This document shows, one piece after another, positions 49,613 through 64,000 of a stretch of 64,000 nt of DNA. The DNA is taken from NCBI GenBank assembly GCA_951406725.2, contig OX597819.1, positions 133,548,001 to 133,612,000 on the forward strand, given 5' to 3'. The notes under the pieces are model-generated. The model saw nothing but the letters and a program-made list of their open reading frames with translations. It ran no database searches and was not told where the DNA came from. Every line of letters begins with the position of its first letter. The first letter of the stretch is position 1. A program made the position numbers and the translations under genes. This stretch comes from Octopus vulgaris (lineage: Eukaryota).

Positions 49613-49783
49613 TGTATATAAATAAAAGGGGCAGGCAACAGGTTGCTTGGCCGCATACCGACAAAATTAGAAATAGCAGTCATAGACTCCACATACGACA
49701 TATCCCTGTAATTCACATATGCAAAAACCATTAAAGAAATTATTTACTCTTATTATTATTATTATTATATATATTATATATAT

Positions 49784-49836
<53 letters not shown>

Positions 49837-51123
49837 GCTGTTGAGTTAAACATGGCCTGAGCCAATCTTTGGTCACAGACAGATATACTATATGCATAAA
49901 TGCATACATACAAGCAAAGTAATACGTGTGCGATGCCTCATCTAACCTCATGATAATTTTTTACGCAATGTCTCAAATAAACATTTTTCAAATGTTAATA
50001 ATAATAAAGTTTGAACTGACTGGTGTTTGTGGAATATTGGTCCTGAATTTTATTCGTTAAGCTCACACAAAAAAAATCCTGTGACCATTATAATCAGTAG
50101 CAAATGCGGCAAGATGTATTACCATTAATCGAAAGAATGAAATAATTCTTGATATGAAATTTGAGATAAAACGTAGCAAGAATACTTGAGTTATAAAGGA
50201 TAACTCTTTAACATTCGAAAGTTCACTATTGTTCTCCTGGTGCCTGATCGTCTCTGTGTATGGATACACCTCATTACAAAAAAATAATAATAAAATAATG
50301 ATGGTGTCTGGTATAAGGAACATATAATTAACACAGACTTCATCTCGTTTCTTAACTTCTAATTATGGATTGCTGTCATGAGAAACGCATTTAGTTTTGT
50401 TGTCGGAAAATCAAATTAGTAGCTGCAGAAATTCATGAAATTTAGGATTCATAAATAATCTAAATATATAGAAATAAGCATAAATAAGTATAGGGAGTTG
50501 CTGCCATTTTCGTAAATTGGAACATCTTACAGTAAATGATCATAAAAGATATTTGTCAACTTCTGTAGAAATAAACCCCTGCCATAATCTAGGTCCTTTC
50601 AAGATTACAGAAACATCTGTGTAACATATGAGGTCATATTTCAGGCGAAACAAACAGTAAATCATTTATTAGTATAATGTTTCCTTGTAAACAATGTTTA
50701 TAGTTATTCGTTTCAGCGGTTAATTCGTGCTCGCTTATTATCACAGCTTGCACATGAAATTCTAACATGTAGTTGAACAGAAGATAAGTAAACCGCCTCC
50801 AGCCATAAAACTACATTTCTGAGAAGCCCGTTTCTAGATTACATAATTGACATAGCAAAACAAATACAAAGACGAATATTTATATTCTTGAAGTATAAAG
50901 ACCGTCTCGTGTAACTGGAGAAATTGCAGCTAAACTCCAACCTCATACTGGGAAGTGAGTGGAAGTTTAAATGTGCACAATATGTATATATATATATACA
51001 TATATATATGTATGTATGTATGTATGTATGCTTGTGTGTGTGTGTGTATATATATATATGTGTATATAAGCATGTATGCCTGAATATATGTATGTATTAG
51101 CTATCTATCTATATATAAATGTG

Positions 51124-51166
<43 letters not shown>

Positions 51167-51300
51167 GGGAGAGAGAGAGATATACATATATACATAGATA
51201 TATGTATATATGTATGTATATGTGTGTGTCTGTGTGTCTGTGCCTGCTTCTACATACATACATACACACACACATATATCTATATATATGTGTATACATA

Positions 51301-51336
<36 letters not shown>

Positions 51337-51352
51337 TCTATCTATCTATCTA

Positions 51353-51387
<35 letters not shown>

Positions 51388-52223
51388 TTTTAATCTGACA
51401 GAGGAGTCGTTTTAATCTGAAAGAGTTCAAGTTGAAACAAGGATAATCCTTTACAATAAAAAATAACTTCAGCGGTGCATCTAAGAATCTAATCAAAGTA
51501 ATAACAAGCTCAGAATGTGGGCAAGATTACATTCGACCAGTAAAAATCGCCTTATGTCAACGAATTACCCTACATCGATCGCCAATTAAAATACGGGTAT
51601 TTAGAAAAATAGAACTCAATGAACCTATAGATACGTGTGCAGGTAAGAAACAATCTAAATTTACGAGTTTTCTTCTTTGCAAATTTGGTAATAATTCAAC
51701 TCAATGCCAACGTATAAACAAAGAAATGTTCCTCATTATCAAATGCAAATCAACTTGTGAAGTTCTATAGCAAAGAAAGGGAAGCAACCACAACCACCAT
51801 CCGCAGTACTGCAACTACCACTACAAGTACTGCTACGTTATAGAAGGAAAGCTGCCAGAAGTCAACTGTACTACTGCTAGCTAGTTTATAGACTGTTATA
51901 AGCCTAAGGTAACCCTGACTTTTACTGGTGCTATTACTGTAGCCGCTCCACCCAACAACCAAGGGAGACAGCAGTAAGCACTAATAATACTATGGCTGCA
52001 GCTACTGTCCTTCCTCGGAATACAGGTCTGGGCAAAGAAACATAAGGCTGGTGGTGTTTACCTTTAGCTTGTCCTCAGTATTGTAATCGAATACGTAGTG
52101 ATAAATGCCGGATGACATGCATAACATGGCTACTCGTATAGACACGTTGGGTCTACATAGACGTACGGATGCTGGTGTTACTTGAATAATACGAAACGAT
52201 CCTGAAGCTGATATCCGTTATGA

Positions 52224-52268
<45 letters not shown>

Positions 52269-52505
52269 AAGAAACCGACAGACAAGCAGTGAGTGAGAAA
52301 GCCTGTGAAACAGTTTGAGCAAGAGGAAAAGCTCACCTGGTATACGTGCGAAATTAGATGGTTTTCTGTCCGACGGAGCTGCACTAAGGAAAGAACCGGA
52401 GCCAGAGCACACCAACAGCAACAACTGTAGGTCGTGCAAATTGATCTTAACAGACACCAAGCCTCACTGTTGTTGGCAAGTCCGACGATAGTAAAATAAA
52501 TCACC

Positions 52506-52740
52506 TATTTCTTTACCACCCACAAGGGGCTAAACACAGAGGGAACAAACAAGGACAGACAAACGGAATAAATCGATTACATCGACCCCAGTGCGTAACT
52601 GGTACTTAATTTATCGACCCCGAAAGGATGAAAGGCAAAGTCGACCTCGGCGGAATTTGAACTCAGAACGTAATGACAGACGAAATACGGCTACGCATTT
52701 CGCCCGGCGTGCTAACGTTTCTGCCAGCTCGCCGCCTTTA
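52506..52740 (-). mobile_element. Full-length tRNA-derived SINE
   Basis: Minus strand AAGGCGGCGAGCTGGCAGAAACGTTAG...GAGTTCAAATTCC (A/B boxes); related partial copies near 31330, 56970 and 59960. Confidence 0.8.
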
Positions 52741-55169
52741 ATAAGTAAAATAGTAAAATAAATCACCATCACCTTACAGCGTGAAGAGCAGGCAGAACAA
52801 GACCGATTGGAAACTGTTGGTCATAAATAAACAAAATGAAGTAATACTATCAAAGTTTACCCAAGCGGAAAGCGAATAATTCATGCGACAAGCAAAACAT
52901 TTTCCTTTGCGACTGCGAGACGAACTGCGAACAAGTTGAGCTAACCATAGAAAGAAGGAAGAAAATATGATTTACTGACTGAGAAAGGGACGGGTTCTGA
53001 CTCTGAGTGACATGTAAGTGAATAATAATTGTACTGTCTATAAACAAGCATATTTTGCTGCTGGGATGACGTGGTCTATTTTCTATTTAAACTGACTTTA
53101 ATAATGTAAATTGTGTAGAAGTAGAAGATAATCAATGCTGTGTGTTAGCAAGATCGAAGCTCTTGTTACAATCGAATCGTATTTATATAGGAGGATTGTA
53201 CAAGAAAGATACGATCCCGACACATCTTTGAACCATCGTTCGGCAACTTATGGTCTATATAAAGTTTATATGCCGATCGGAGCACAAGAGATGGGAATGG
53301 TCACTTGGCATTGGTTGTGAAGGTGACTTTGCTTCGTAGGGTTCCTTGATTGACCTTAGTTGGGGAAAACAAGGATCTATAAACTGATATAAGCAGGATT
53401 GTGGCATGAAATCGAAACTATTGTGAACCATAATTGAAGTGTAAGGATTGAAGAATCGATTTTTGTGCTTTTCTGCTTCAAGTAAAAGACATTGTTGAAC
53501 ATAGTGAGCAATTCTAGTGGCAGCTTTGGTGGCAGCAATAATACTATCACACCTATATCTTAGCGAACGAAATTAATGCAAATGATGTCGATGGCAATGG
53601 AAGCAGTTTCGCTCAGTCTGGTCGGAATTGGAAATGGAACGAATGCAGACTGAAGAGGTGACAACGGTGCGTCACAATATGCAAATCCTTGCCTGAGGAA
53701 TTTGTCCAGTTATAGTAAGCAAAGGGAAAAATAACATAAATACCGGAGATAGCTTTGTGTGCTCTTAAAAGAGCAGAAAAGGTGTGTGGGTTTTCCACTA
53801 ATCGACAAAGGATTTACGAAAGAATCTACCTGATATTTCAAACCGACCTTTAGGCAACACACCGAGTTAGTACGATACACGCGTATCCATGCAGAATACC
53901 AGGTCCACAATCATGGACCTTGTCAATGACATTAAGCTCTGGTTCATTGTTACCTTTTTAAGGTGGATAGTAAGGAGAGAGGTGATTAGAAATGACATCG
54001 GATAGGGGATTAATAGTAATAAAAATCTAAACAGATTGCACAAGAGCACAGTTGAAAGTTTCTAATCCGAGGTAGAGAGGACGGTGACTGGTAGCAGGAC
54101 TGACAACACTAGCAGCAGGCACTAGTGGTTACTCTTCCAACAATATTACCAATCGCACAACTAGTTATATCTCTGAAGATTAGCCAAGACTTCACCCCAT
54201 TACCACGACTAGAAATCTATAAAACGAGGGCCCGCTTGCGTGATAAAAATCCAATAATAGCGGTTAAGATTAAGTTAAATTGTTGTGAATTTGTTGTCAT
54301 TTATTAAAACTTTTCATTGAAATATCCATTTATGTAATTTGAATCCGTAAATAAACAACATATAAACGGATGTATTCACTTTCATGTAGTTAAAAAAATA
54401 TGACTTCAAATAATGAATAATTTCAAACCTCCGATCATATAATGACTTTGTTTCGCATACAACTATTTGCTTTAATACATAAACAGAAAGTAATTAGAAT
54501 AAAAGAGGTCTTTAAAATTCTTCATAAATTACTAATCATATTTAATATTTCATATTCATACATTAGTAAAACTCATTAGTTAAAAACAACAAAAATAACA
54601 AAATTAGAAAATAGCTGAGATAAATTTGATAAAAATTTAGAAATAGCATACAGCAATTCAGTTCTACAATTTGATGTGAGTTATTTTTCAATTTAGATTT
54701 GTTTCGGATTTTGAAGCTATAAGCAGGAAGTATAAAACTTTTTTGGAAATATCAGAGATGAGACACTCAGAGACATGTCCATGCGCATACAGATATATAT
54801 GCACTATGATAGTTATTGTTGTTGCTGTTTTTGTTGCTGTTATTTATTTATATATTTATTTATTTTCATGAACAGCAACATGAATATATTTCATAAAGTT
54901 GGTCATGTGATCTTCGGAAGGAGACTATAAACATTTTTTTATTACTATACACTATATATGTTTCAAGTTCGCTTTCCGATAGTAAGGAAATAACATTTTT
55001 GAAATAATTTTACTAGGTATGTTTACGTATATTATTGGATATTAACCTCTTAACCACTAATAATAGAAATCAATTCTGAGGTTACGGAAACACGTTTCTA
55101 TATTTTTTTCAAATGCTTACATAAGTACACCAGCAGAGAAAAACACTTGTGTTTAAGCATCTCCTATGT

Positions 55170-55430
55170 TATTCATCTTTCTATTTCTTTCCGTTACTTG
55201 TTGGACTTCCAACGACAAATTGTCTGCCTTTATTTGTCATTTTCTGTTTTTCTTTACCATTCCATGTGACGCCCATTTTCTGAAAATCTTCCATGAAGGT
55301 CCTACATCTCCCATTCTCCTTCCTCCCTTCAAAATCCAGCCCAGGCAATATAGCCTGGTCTATACTATCATACACTGAATTTTCCCTAAAATCTTCTGCT
55401 ACTGATGATGTCCACAGGGCCCTCATGGAT
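55170..55430 (-). pseudogene. Decayed RTE 3' fragment
   Basis: EGRKENGRCRTFMEDFQKMGVTW resembles the RTE C-terminal G.RKRGRP..TW motif. Confidence 0.4.
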
Positions 55431-56568
55431 CGCTCTCCTTATCAATCTTTTTTTGGTAATACAATCTCTCTTTCGCAGATGTATAACCACGAAAGACATT
55501 TAGCTTGTTGCATAGACTTATTGTTCTTTTCCGTAGCTGACAAGCATACATCGCCGTTGAAATGGGGACATGAGAGCATTACTGAGGGTTTCTTGGAGTC
55601 ACACAGGACCGAAACGTTATAAATGAGTTTAATTATAGTTTTCTTGTCAAGAGGATTGGAATGACAAATACTAAATAGTTTTAATCCACTCCCTTTTTCA
55701 CGATTAATGGAAGACCCCTTAAGCAGCAAAAACTTAAAATTATTATGAAAAATATGTTTATACGCCATGTTTTGTAGATACCATGCTAGTATCTTATAAA
55801 ATATTCTCCAAAATCAATTTCAAGTTAAGTTAAGAAATCAATAAGAAAAATACGGTTATCGATAGGTTTATTCAAGTTTATTTCGCCTCTGGAGGAATGC
55901 GTTATTTCATATCAGAGTGCTCTGAGTCGCAAACCGACTAAAAGCAAAATTATATCTTCAAAAGACAAAACTGATTTCTTGAATATTTAAATAATTTTAT
56001 TGTAATCTACCCATGAGTTTGATACAAAATTGTAAAAGTGATAAGATATAAAGCAGATAATAACCTCTATTGGGCTATGACATACATACATCAAGTGCTT
56101 CTAAATAATTTATAATATTATCTTGATGGCAAATACGTCTGTGTACATTTTATAATTTCCACAAAAGAACTCTTGCTATTAAACTATTTTCTTTCAGTTA
56201 GAAGAAAATAAATTTAACCAAATATAGAAATAACACCTGTGTACTCCTTCTTCCCCAATTGACAACAAACGTTTCACAGAAATCGAGATAAAATTATAAA
56301 AATCGGATTTAAAGTACAAAATTCAGAATTCACTTTTAACTTTGAAAGGTTAAAATGAAAACACCGAGTAAAGAAGTAAAATTAATGGAAATTAAGTTGA
56401 GTTGTTCTTATAACATAAAGGTCATACCCCCCCACCCACCCAACCCATATATTTAGATAGAGATATGCACATACGTACATATATGTTTATACACACAAGT
56501 ATATACATACCTACCTTCATATATATATATATATATATACGTACGTATGTGAATCTCTCTCTCACTCA

Positions 56569-56669
<101 letters not shown>

Positions 56670-58046
56670 GAATCATTATATATGCATACACGTACATGTG
56701 TGCAAACAAACATACACATCTGTATAAATACTGAAAAGTGTTTTTCGCCGGTGAATGCGTCTTTCGAGTTGGCAAATTTCCATTAGTTACGAGTGAAGCA
56801 AGCTTAAGTGTGCTGTACAATGTTTCTTTTGATTGATAAAGTAATATCTTAATTATGGTTAACAGAATTTAGAATTCAAATATAGAGAGAAATGTCTTTG
56901 TTTATTTTATGTTTCAGAATGAGTTGTATTTCTTGCTACGAACGATATGCTATAACTCATTCCGCTGGGAAGGCGACGAGCTGGCTGAGTCGTTCGCACG
57001 CAGGGCAAAATGCTTAGAGGCATTTCGTAATTGCTTGCGCTTGGGTCGATAAAATAAGGACCAGTCAAGTACTGGGGTCGATGATATCAACTTGATTCTC
57101 CTTCCTCCTCCTCCTCCTCCTCCTCCAAAACGTCAGAATTTTTGTCTATGATAGAAAGGTTTATTTATTCTGCTGAGCGGCCGACTCTTGTAGAGTTAAC
57201 GATCTGTATTTTTTCCAACTGTCTTCAGTCTGAATTCAACTTGATTTGCATGCTTTTGGCATCATTATATTTAATCCTCATCATGGTCCACTTAAGGAAA
57301 ACACTTAATCCGTTACACAGATTAACACTCCCACCTGGCATATAGGATCCTTTTAGCGGGGTTCACTGCCAGATCTCCAGTTTGCGAACAACTTACTCTC
57401 TTATCCTCAGATTTCTCTGAGGTCCTGTAAACTGTCAGAGGAATAACTTTCCCTTCTGACTAATATATATATATATATATAAATTTATTCTATTTCAATA
57501 GTCGTTTTATAATTTAAAAAAGTATTTATAGCTAAGAATATAAAACATATCTGGAACAGACACAAGTCACGCATTGACTGCCGCTCCGGGGTTGCAGTCG
57601 AGCGTTGTCTTTTATATCCTGCCTGCAATGTACCAAAACTTCGAGCATTTAAGTTTACAAATGACAATATGGTTTCCCGATATAATCAGAAGTTTTGATG
57701 AGCGCAGATTATTGCTTGGGAGTTACACCCACGATCGCAAGATGGGAGTTTTGATTCGTAGATGGGTGGTACATTGTGTTTCTGAGGAAAGAACATTTCA
57801 TTTCCCGTTGCTGCAGATAACTCCGCTGTAAATGGACACCACTGCCATGGACTGGAGTCATGCTTGTCTGCTTTCCTGGTCATTGGGCTGGTAGCATTCG
57901 GAACCTACAACAATGCCACGAAGCGTATTGTGACCGGCGTTGTAGAAATAATATCCAATAGTCTAGTCGAAATAGTGATACACACACACACAGACGCGCG
58001 CACACACACAAACACACACACATACATGGGTACATGTGTATGTTTC

Positions 58047-58093
<47 letters not shown>

Positions 58094-58467
58094 GTATACA
58101 TATATCAACGTATGTGTTCTATCCATACACATTACTTAATAATGATAAAAGAAGATCCTTATTTTACACAATCATCCACGAAAAATGTGGCACCAATGAG
58201 TGAGAATCTGTGAGCTTTCTTATGTCAGCTTCACTGGAATCTTTGAGTGGCCAGATAAGAGAATATCTGTTGGTGTACATAACTTCGCAGTCGCAGATTA
58301 TATATACCGGACATGAAGAGTTTCCAATAACTGATAACAAGACTCGTCATGGTAAGTCACGACTATACTAACATTATGCGATGCCTGCTAAGCCATCATC
58401 GGACTGTTTGAAGACGGCTTTACAAGTTAAAACTTCGAAGTCACTGTCATTACCATTCTCGTTAAAG

Positions 58468-58511
<44 letters not shown>

Positions 58512-58515
<4 letters not shown>

Positions 58516-60215
58516 TTAAACGAAAAGAAAATGGAGATTTACGACTGACATATTTTAATTTATTAACTTAGTATCATATCATTATTATAATATAATATAA
58601 ATATCATAATCCTACAATTGTTTTGATTCAGACCCAATAATACATTTATAAGAACTCATTTTTCATGGGTAAGAATCTCATCAGGGGAATATTTGACTAA
58701 AATTACAAATGAGGATTTTTAGATCCTCCTGAAACAAACTGAATTAAATATGCTTACGTTTGTAAGCGTGAGCGTCAATAATTTTTTTAAATGTACTAAA
58801 AAATATATAATTAAAAAAAGCTAAAACAGATAAAAAATTAAATAAATAAAATCTAATATAACAGTCATAAAATATGTTTGTGCACTTTTAAGAATATTAA
58901 TCTAAATATATTTCTGTGCATTAGTTTGAAAAAAAAAACTCAGAAATAATATACTAAGAATTTATGGCGAAATAGAAAATATTTCCTTTTATTCTTCCAT
59001 ACTATTAGGAAAATTACATTTTATTCAGACAATTTATTCAGGAAATTCCTTCTTCTCACTAGTATTATAAAACAAAAACAACCCACTATTAATCATGGGA
59101 AAATAGTGAAAAAAATTGTTTAAATACTTTATCCTCACTTGGCTAAAACTAAATAATATTATAAATTACACTGTATTCATTATTTATAATCACACATATA
59201 AAAATGCAATCAAAATTTAAAAGTACGCCGATATTAAACAATTTTATATAAATTACGATTATTTATTACCTATACTATACTATAAAATATTCCTATATGT
59301 ATTATTATTTAAAATTTATGTTAAACATATATAATCATATTTAAGAATTATTATAAAAGTATTTTCGAAAAAACAGAATAGCTGGAAATTCATAATATGA
59401 CATTAGAAATGTTTTTAATTACTATAGGGTCTACTATTAAGTTATTTGTACATTATTAAATTTAATTTAAAGGCTTATAATTATTCAAGATAAAATAAAA
59501 TAATATTCTCTTTTACTCTTTTACTTGTTTCAGTCATTTTGACTGCGGCCATGCTGGAGCACCGCTTTTAATCGAGCAACCCGACCCCGGGACTTATTCT
59601 TTTGTAAACCCAGTACTTATTCTATCGGTCTCTTTTGCCGAACCGCTAAGTAACGGGGACATAAACACACCAGCATCGGTTGTCAAGCAATGCTAGGGGG
59701 AAACTTTTATTCATGTACCAATATAATTATATACTTAAGATGAATACATCACAGTATTTGCATATAACCTTACATTAGACAATTATATTATATATAATAT
59801 AATAATAACTTTAGTTAGTAATACACTGAATTATTACAAATATCCCTATGAAGATACTAATTTAAACTTATGAATCAGTCAGTCCCAATGAAATATTTTT
59901 TTCAAAATCCAATTACATCAAAATGTGGAACACGTGATAAAGGAGAATAAACATTATTTTCTAGTCTAAGCACAAGGCCCAAAAGTTATTGGGGGGAGGC
60001 ACCGATTATATCGACCCCAGTACGCAGCTGGTACTTGATTTATCGTCAATAACGTTAGAAATTTACCAAAACATTATGTAGCTTTTAATTTATTTGATTT
60101 CGTACCGATTTATTTATTTGTATTCCTTAACTATATAGTAATCTGTTAAGTAACACGTGTATGAATTCAAATACATATAGATTATAGATATACACGCATA
60201 TACATATATGTACAT

Positions 60216-60262
<47 letters not shown>

Positions 60263-61017
60263 CTTCACATACATATAAAAATTTATATATATATAGACAC
60301 AGACACACACATGCACACCTATACATATATACACATGACATACATCATATATATGTCAGTATACATTTTCCTAAATATATTAATATATACTGACCTAATG
60401 AGGATAAAGTATCTTTTTTTTTTTTTCTATTTAGCCATGACTAATAGCGTGTTGTTTTTATTTTATAACACGAGTGAGAATAAAGAATTTTTCTCAATAA
60501 ATTGTCTGAATAACATGTATTTTTCCAAATAGTACAGAATAATAAAATGAAATATTTCCTGTTCCGCCATAAATTCTTAGCCTATTACTTCTGTTTTTTC
60601 TTTATTTATTTTAAATAATGCACAGAAATATACTTAGATTTATATTCTTAAAACTACGCAAACATATTTTATGACCGTGATATTAGATATTATTTATTTA
60701 TTATTTGTTATTTTTGCTTTTATTATATACTTTTATTATATATTTTCTAGAAATTATTGACGGTCAGGTTTACAAACATAAACATATTTAATTCAGTCTG
60801 TTTTAGGATCTAAAAATCCCCATTTGAAATTTTGGTCTAATGTTTCCCTGATGAGATTCTTACCTATAAACATGAATTTTTATAAATTTATTATTGGGTC
60901 TGAATCAAAACAATTGTAGGATCATAATATATTTATAATATAATAGTAATATAATATTATGTTAATAAATCAAAATATGACAGTCGTAAATCTCCATTTT
61001 CTTTTCATTTTTGTATA
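58512..61017. mobile_element. Old inverted pair of Penelope-like 3' ends (arms about 58512-59143 and 60392-61017)
   Basis: Arms align as diverged reverse complements; each holds a hammerhead-like motif (58609-58688 minus, 60844-60922 plus). Confidence 0.7.
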
Positions 61018-61246
61018 TTGAACATATAACCCTTTGAAATGTGGAAAAGTTTTTCTTGCTAAATTGGGTATTAAACCGCCGAACCAGTGAAAAATTGAAT
61101 GTTTCCCATCCCTCTAGGGGAGCGCATTATCATTGTATTGGATTTTAACTTTAGATACACACACATATATATTTATGCGTGTTTCTATGAGTGTGTGTGT
61201 GTGTAGGATTATGCATACTTACCTTATGTACCCCCGTGGCTGCATT

Positions 61247-61277
<31 letters not shown>

Positions 61278-61360
61278 ATAAACACACACATATATATCTT
61301 GAAAATAATTTGTGTCTATAGATAGATAGATATTGATATATATATATCATGTATGCATGC

Positions 61361-61422
<62 letters not shown>

Positions 61423-61439
61423 ATGGCGCTGTAATCCTA

Positions 61440-62550
61440 AAGTGGACAGAGGAGGAGCTACAGGTGGACAGGAAGTCAAGTTAGCTCCTAACGAGGCATG
61501 AGCCCATCATCCACGTGCAACCTCTTATCGCCAACGCATGAGAAGAGCAAATGGAGGAAGGGGACTGATAATTGTGGAAGACTGCCTATCGGACACGAGA
61601 GCGTAAAGGGATACCTAACGCAAAGTAAGGAAACCTTGCTAGTGACACGAAAGTGGGAGAATTGGGTAGAAATAAAAAAGGGAAAACAAAGGAAGAAGTA
61701 CAAAAAGGACATCAAGAAGAATTACACATGAAAGGACTACACAATCAATTCCATGCATCCACAACAGAAGTTGCTGGAAAAATAGGTGAGATTGGTTGCA
61801 GAAAGGAACCCTGTAAAAAGAGACCGAGAAAACTATACTGTCAGCGAAGGACCACGAAATGGAGGGTCAATCTGAGGAACGAGCAAGTGTCTCTGCTGTG
61901 CTGCATCTGCAATAGAGTGGATGAAACCATTGCCTATATCACGAACGAATGCCCCAGACTTCCCCAAAGCCACTACAAGTTGTGGCAAAATGATCAGGTA
62001 GGGAAAGTGCTACATTGGAAACTACGTGAAAAGTGGGGTCTAGAGAGAGGCAAGACGTGGTATGAACACAAACCACGGTGAATGGCAGAGTCGGAGACTA
62101 GCAAAATCCTCTAGGATTTCCCAATCCAAACAAATCAGGTACTGTGGCATAATCTACTAAACCTAGAGGTCGTGACCAGGGTGCACCACATATGCTATAT
62201 AGTCGATGTTGCATACCCCTTTCACCCACGAATGGTCACGAAGGAAGACGAAAATATAGATAGATACAACTCTCTGAAATACGAAATGGCTCGGCTATGG
62301 AAAAATGAAGACGGTGAAGATTGTGCCAATTATTGTTGGCAAGAGGAATATAAAGGAAATTGGAATAGAGTTCCCAGTAGAACTGTTACAAAAGCTTTGC
62401 CTCCTTGACACGGCCAGAATAATCTGGTAAGTAATAGATAGCTGAAAAGAACTAACAGCATGGTACCGTAGACTGCAGGTAGTAAACCCGCTATGTATGC
62501 AAGACTCCAGGAGTTCCAACAAAACCGTTGATTAAGAGAAAATAATAATG

Positions 62551-62597
<47 letters not shown>
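61440..62597 (+). mobile_element. Decayed R4/Dong-type LINE 3' part ending in (TAA)n
   Basis: CCICNRVDETIAYITNECPRL...VLHWKL, WYEHKP, IVDVAYP...KEDENIDRY..LKYE. Confidence 0.8.
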
Positions 62598-62615
<18 letters not shown>

Positions 62616-63599
62616 TCTCAAATTTTGAAACTTTGGAAGTGATTTTTTTTTTCGGAATATAGTAAATAACTAGGGAAAGCAAAGAAAAAAAAACTACATG
62701 AAAAATTTATGTTGAACGTTTTTTCTTTTAAATATTAAATGTCTGTAAACAATTCTTTGTGTTGCGCTTGTGATATTCTTGAAGCTGCTATTGGTAAAAA
62801 CTTGTCTAGAAATTTCTGTACATGAATATTCCTAGATTGAAATTAAATTAAATTAACAGCAGGGTGTATAAAATTAATAGAAATGTACATCACTATGAAA
62901 AAATAAATTCATTTTATTTCACAAAATGATAATAATTACGAGCGAAACGAGCAAACAGAATTTAGAGATAAATTTTATCTAGACATGATAAGTATTTTGA
63001 AATCTTATAAATATTTCATTATTTGCACTGAAAGTTTTACTATGGAAGCAGTCGACAAACATAAGAGAACTGATAACATTTATCTCTTTAACTGATTAGA
63101 GTCCAGACATTCGACATTTTGTTTGGTATCATATAGCATAAATCGAGTCAAACTAAAATTTATACCAACTAAAATTTCATCCTAATTATTCCGTTTAAAA
63201 TTAAAACAAAGCCAAATATTTGAAGATTAATTGTAGATGAATATTGTCAATGATTTACCAAACTATTGAGTGGATTAAACATTTTAGTTGATAGCTTATG
63301 ATAATTACTGACGAAATGTAGAGGTGGCTGTTATAGTCCTGCATTGTTTGTTTGAAGTTAGTAAATTGAAATTGAACTCAAATCGATCGCTCTAATAAAC
63401 GAAGCAATCGGTGCCAGCTTTGTGGGTGGGGATAACATTTTATGTGGATAATGAGGCGGAAGTGTAGATTGGTGCATTAGTATAGTCTTTTCTAGGAGAG
63501 GTAAGTCGATTACATCGACCCAAGTGGTCAGCTGGTACTTCACACCCATTGCCTCCAACGAATTTTACGCATTATTTGGAAAGATAAGGACCCCCGCAC

Positions 63600-64000
63600 A
63601 GAATTTTTCCAGCGTTGAAGCCATCATCCAACTCCGTCTTCTAAGATGAGTCGGCCAAGTTATCAGGATGCCTGATAATCGTCTCCTGAAAATGGTCTTC
63701 TTCGGAAAGCTATGAATCGGTGTTCACCTGCACGGCGGACCTAAGAAGAAGTTCAGGGACCATCTTAAGCTTGTCCTCAACTCCTGCAGCATTCAACCAG
63801 TACAATTTGAACACTTTGCTCGGTACCGGCAAAGCTGGCGCTCTCTCTGCAACGAAGAAAATACACATTTTGAACTAATCCGACGTAAAAAAACTTGAGA
63901 AAAAGAGACGTCAAAGTCATCTTAGACTCAGCAACAATATAATGCGCAACTTGCCTTGTCATCGGTGTTCAAGTACAAGCCAATCCAGGATCGGATTGTT
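63600..64000 (+). mobile_element. Decayed RTE 3' fragment
   Basis: QLRLLR*VGQVIRMPDNRLLKMVFFG...GGPKKKFRDHLK and terminal SRIGL resemble the 27192 ORF. Confidence 0.65.

Noticed and set aside
53300-54310. Possible ancient Penelope remnants (also 3080-3520 and 45480-46320)
   Set aside because: Too degraded to assign by eye.
57574-57980. Short hydrophobic ORFs
   Set aside because: No motif or splice support; one runs into microsatellite.

Overview
This is AT-rich animal DNA, dense in microsatellites. The SINE families and (TA)n/(TACA)n density suggest a cephalopod such as octopus (inference). I found no convincing host protein-coding gene; nearly all interpretable sequence is transposon-derived. 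Main elements: two CR1/L2-group LINEs whose ORF1 has Myb/SANT-like plus CCCH domains (1-2760 minus; 35280-39817 plus); a head-to-tail train of three R4/Dong-type RLE LINEs separated by (TAA)n, with a nested mariner and a nested CR1/L2 fragment; a Tc1 element inside a SINE; RTE fragments; a young Penelope-like element with pLTRs and an inverted arm (20940-27240); a Naiad-type Penelope (40600-43102); and many SINEs. Three observations stand out. (1) A 491-bp tandem/inverted repeat array (43376-45318) carries four canonical-core hammerhead ribozymes with an unusually long 68-nt stem II, and three copies of a 66-codon ORF; it looks like a retrozyme/circRNA element. (2) About a dozen hammerhead-like motifs occur across the window, several with variant catalytic cores. 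(3) An in-frame U_UUU_UUA slippery heptamer sits at the ORF1/ORF2 junction of three non-LTR elements, suggesting -1 frameshifting. All structures and alignments were read by eye; none was computed.
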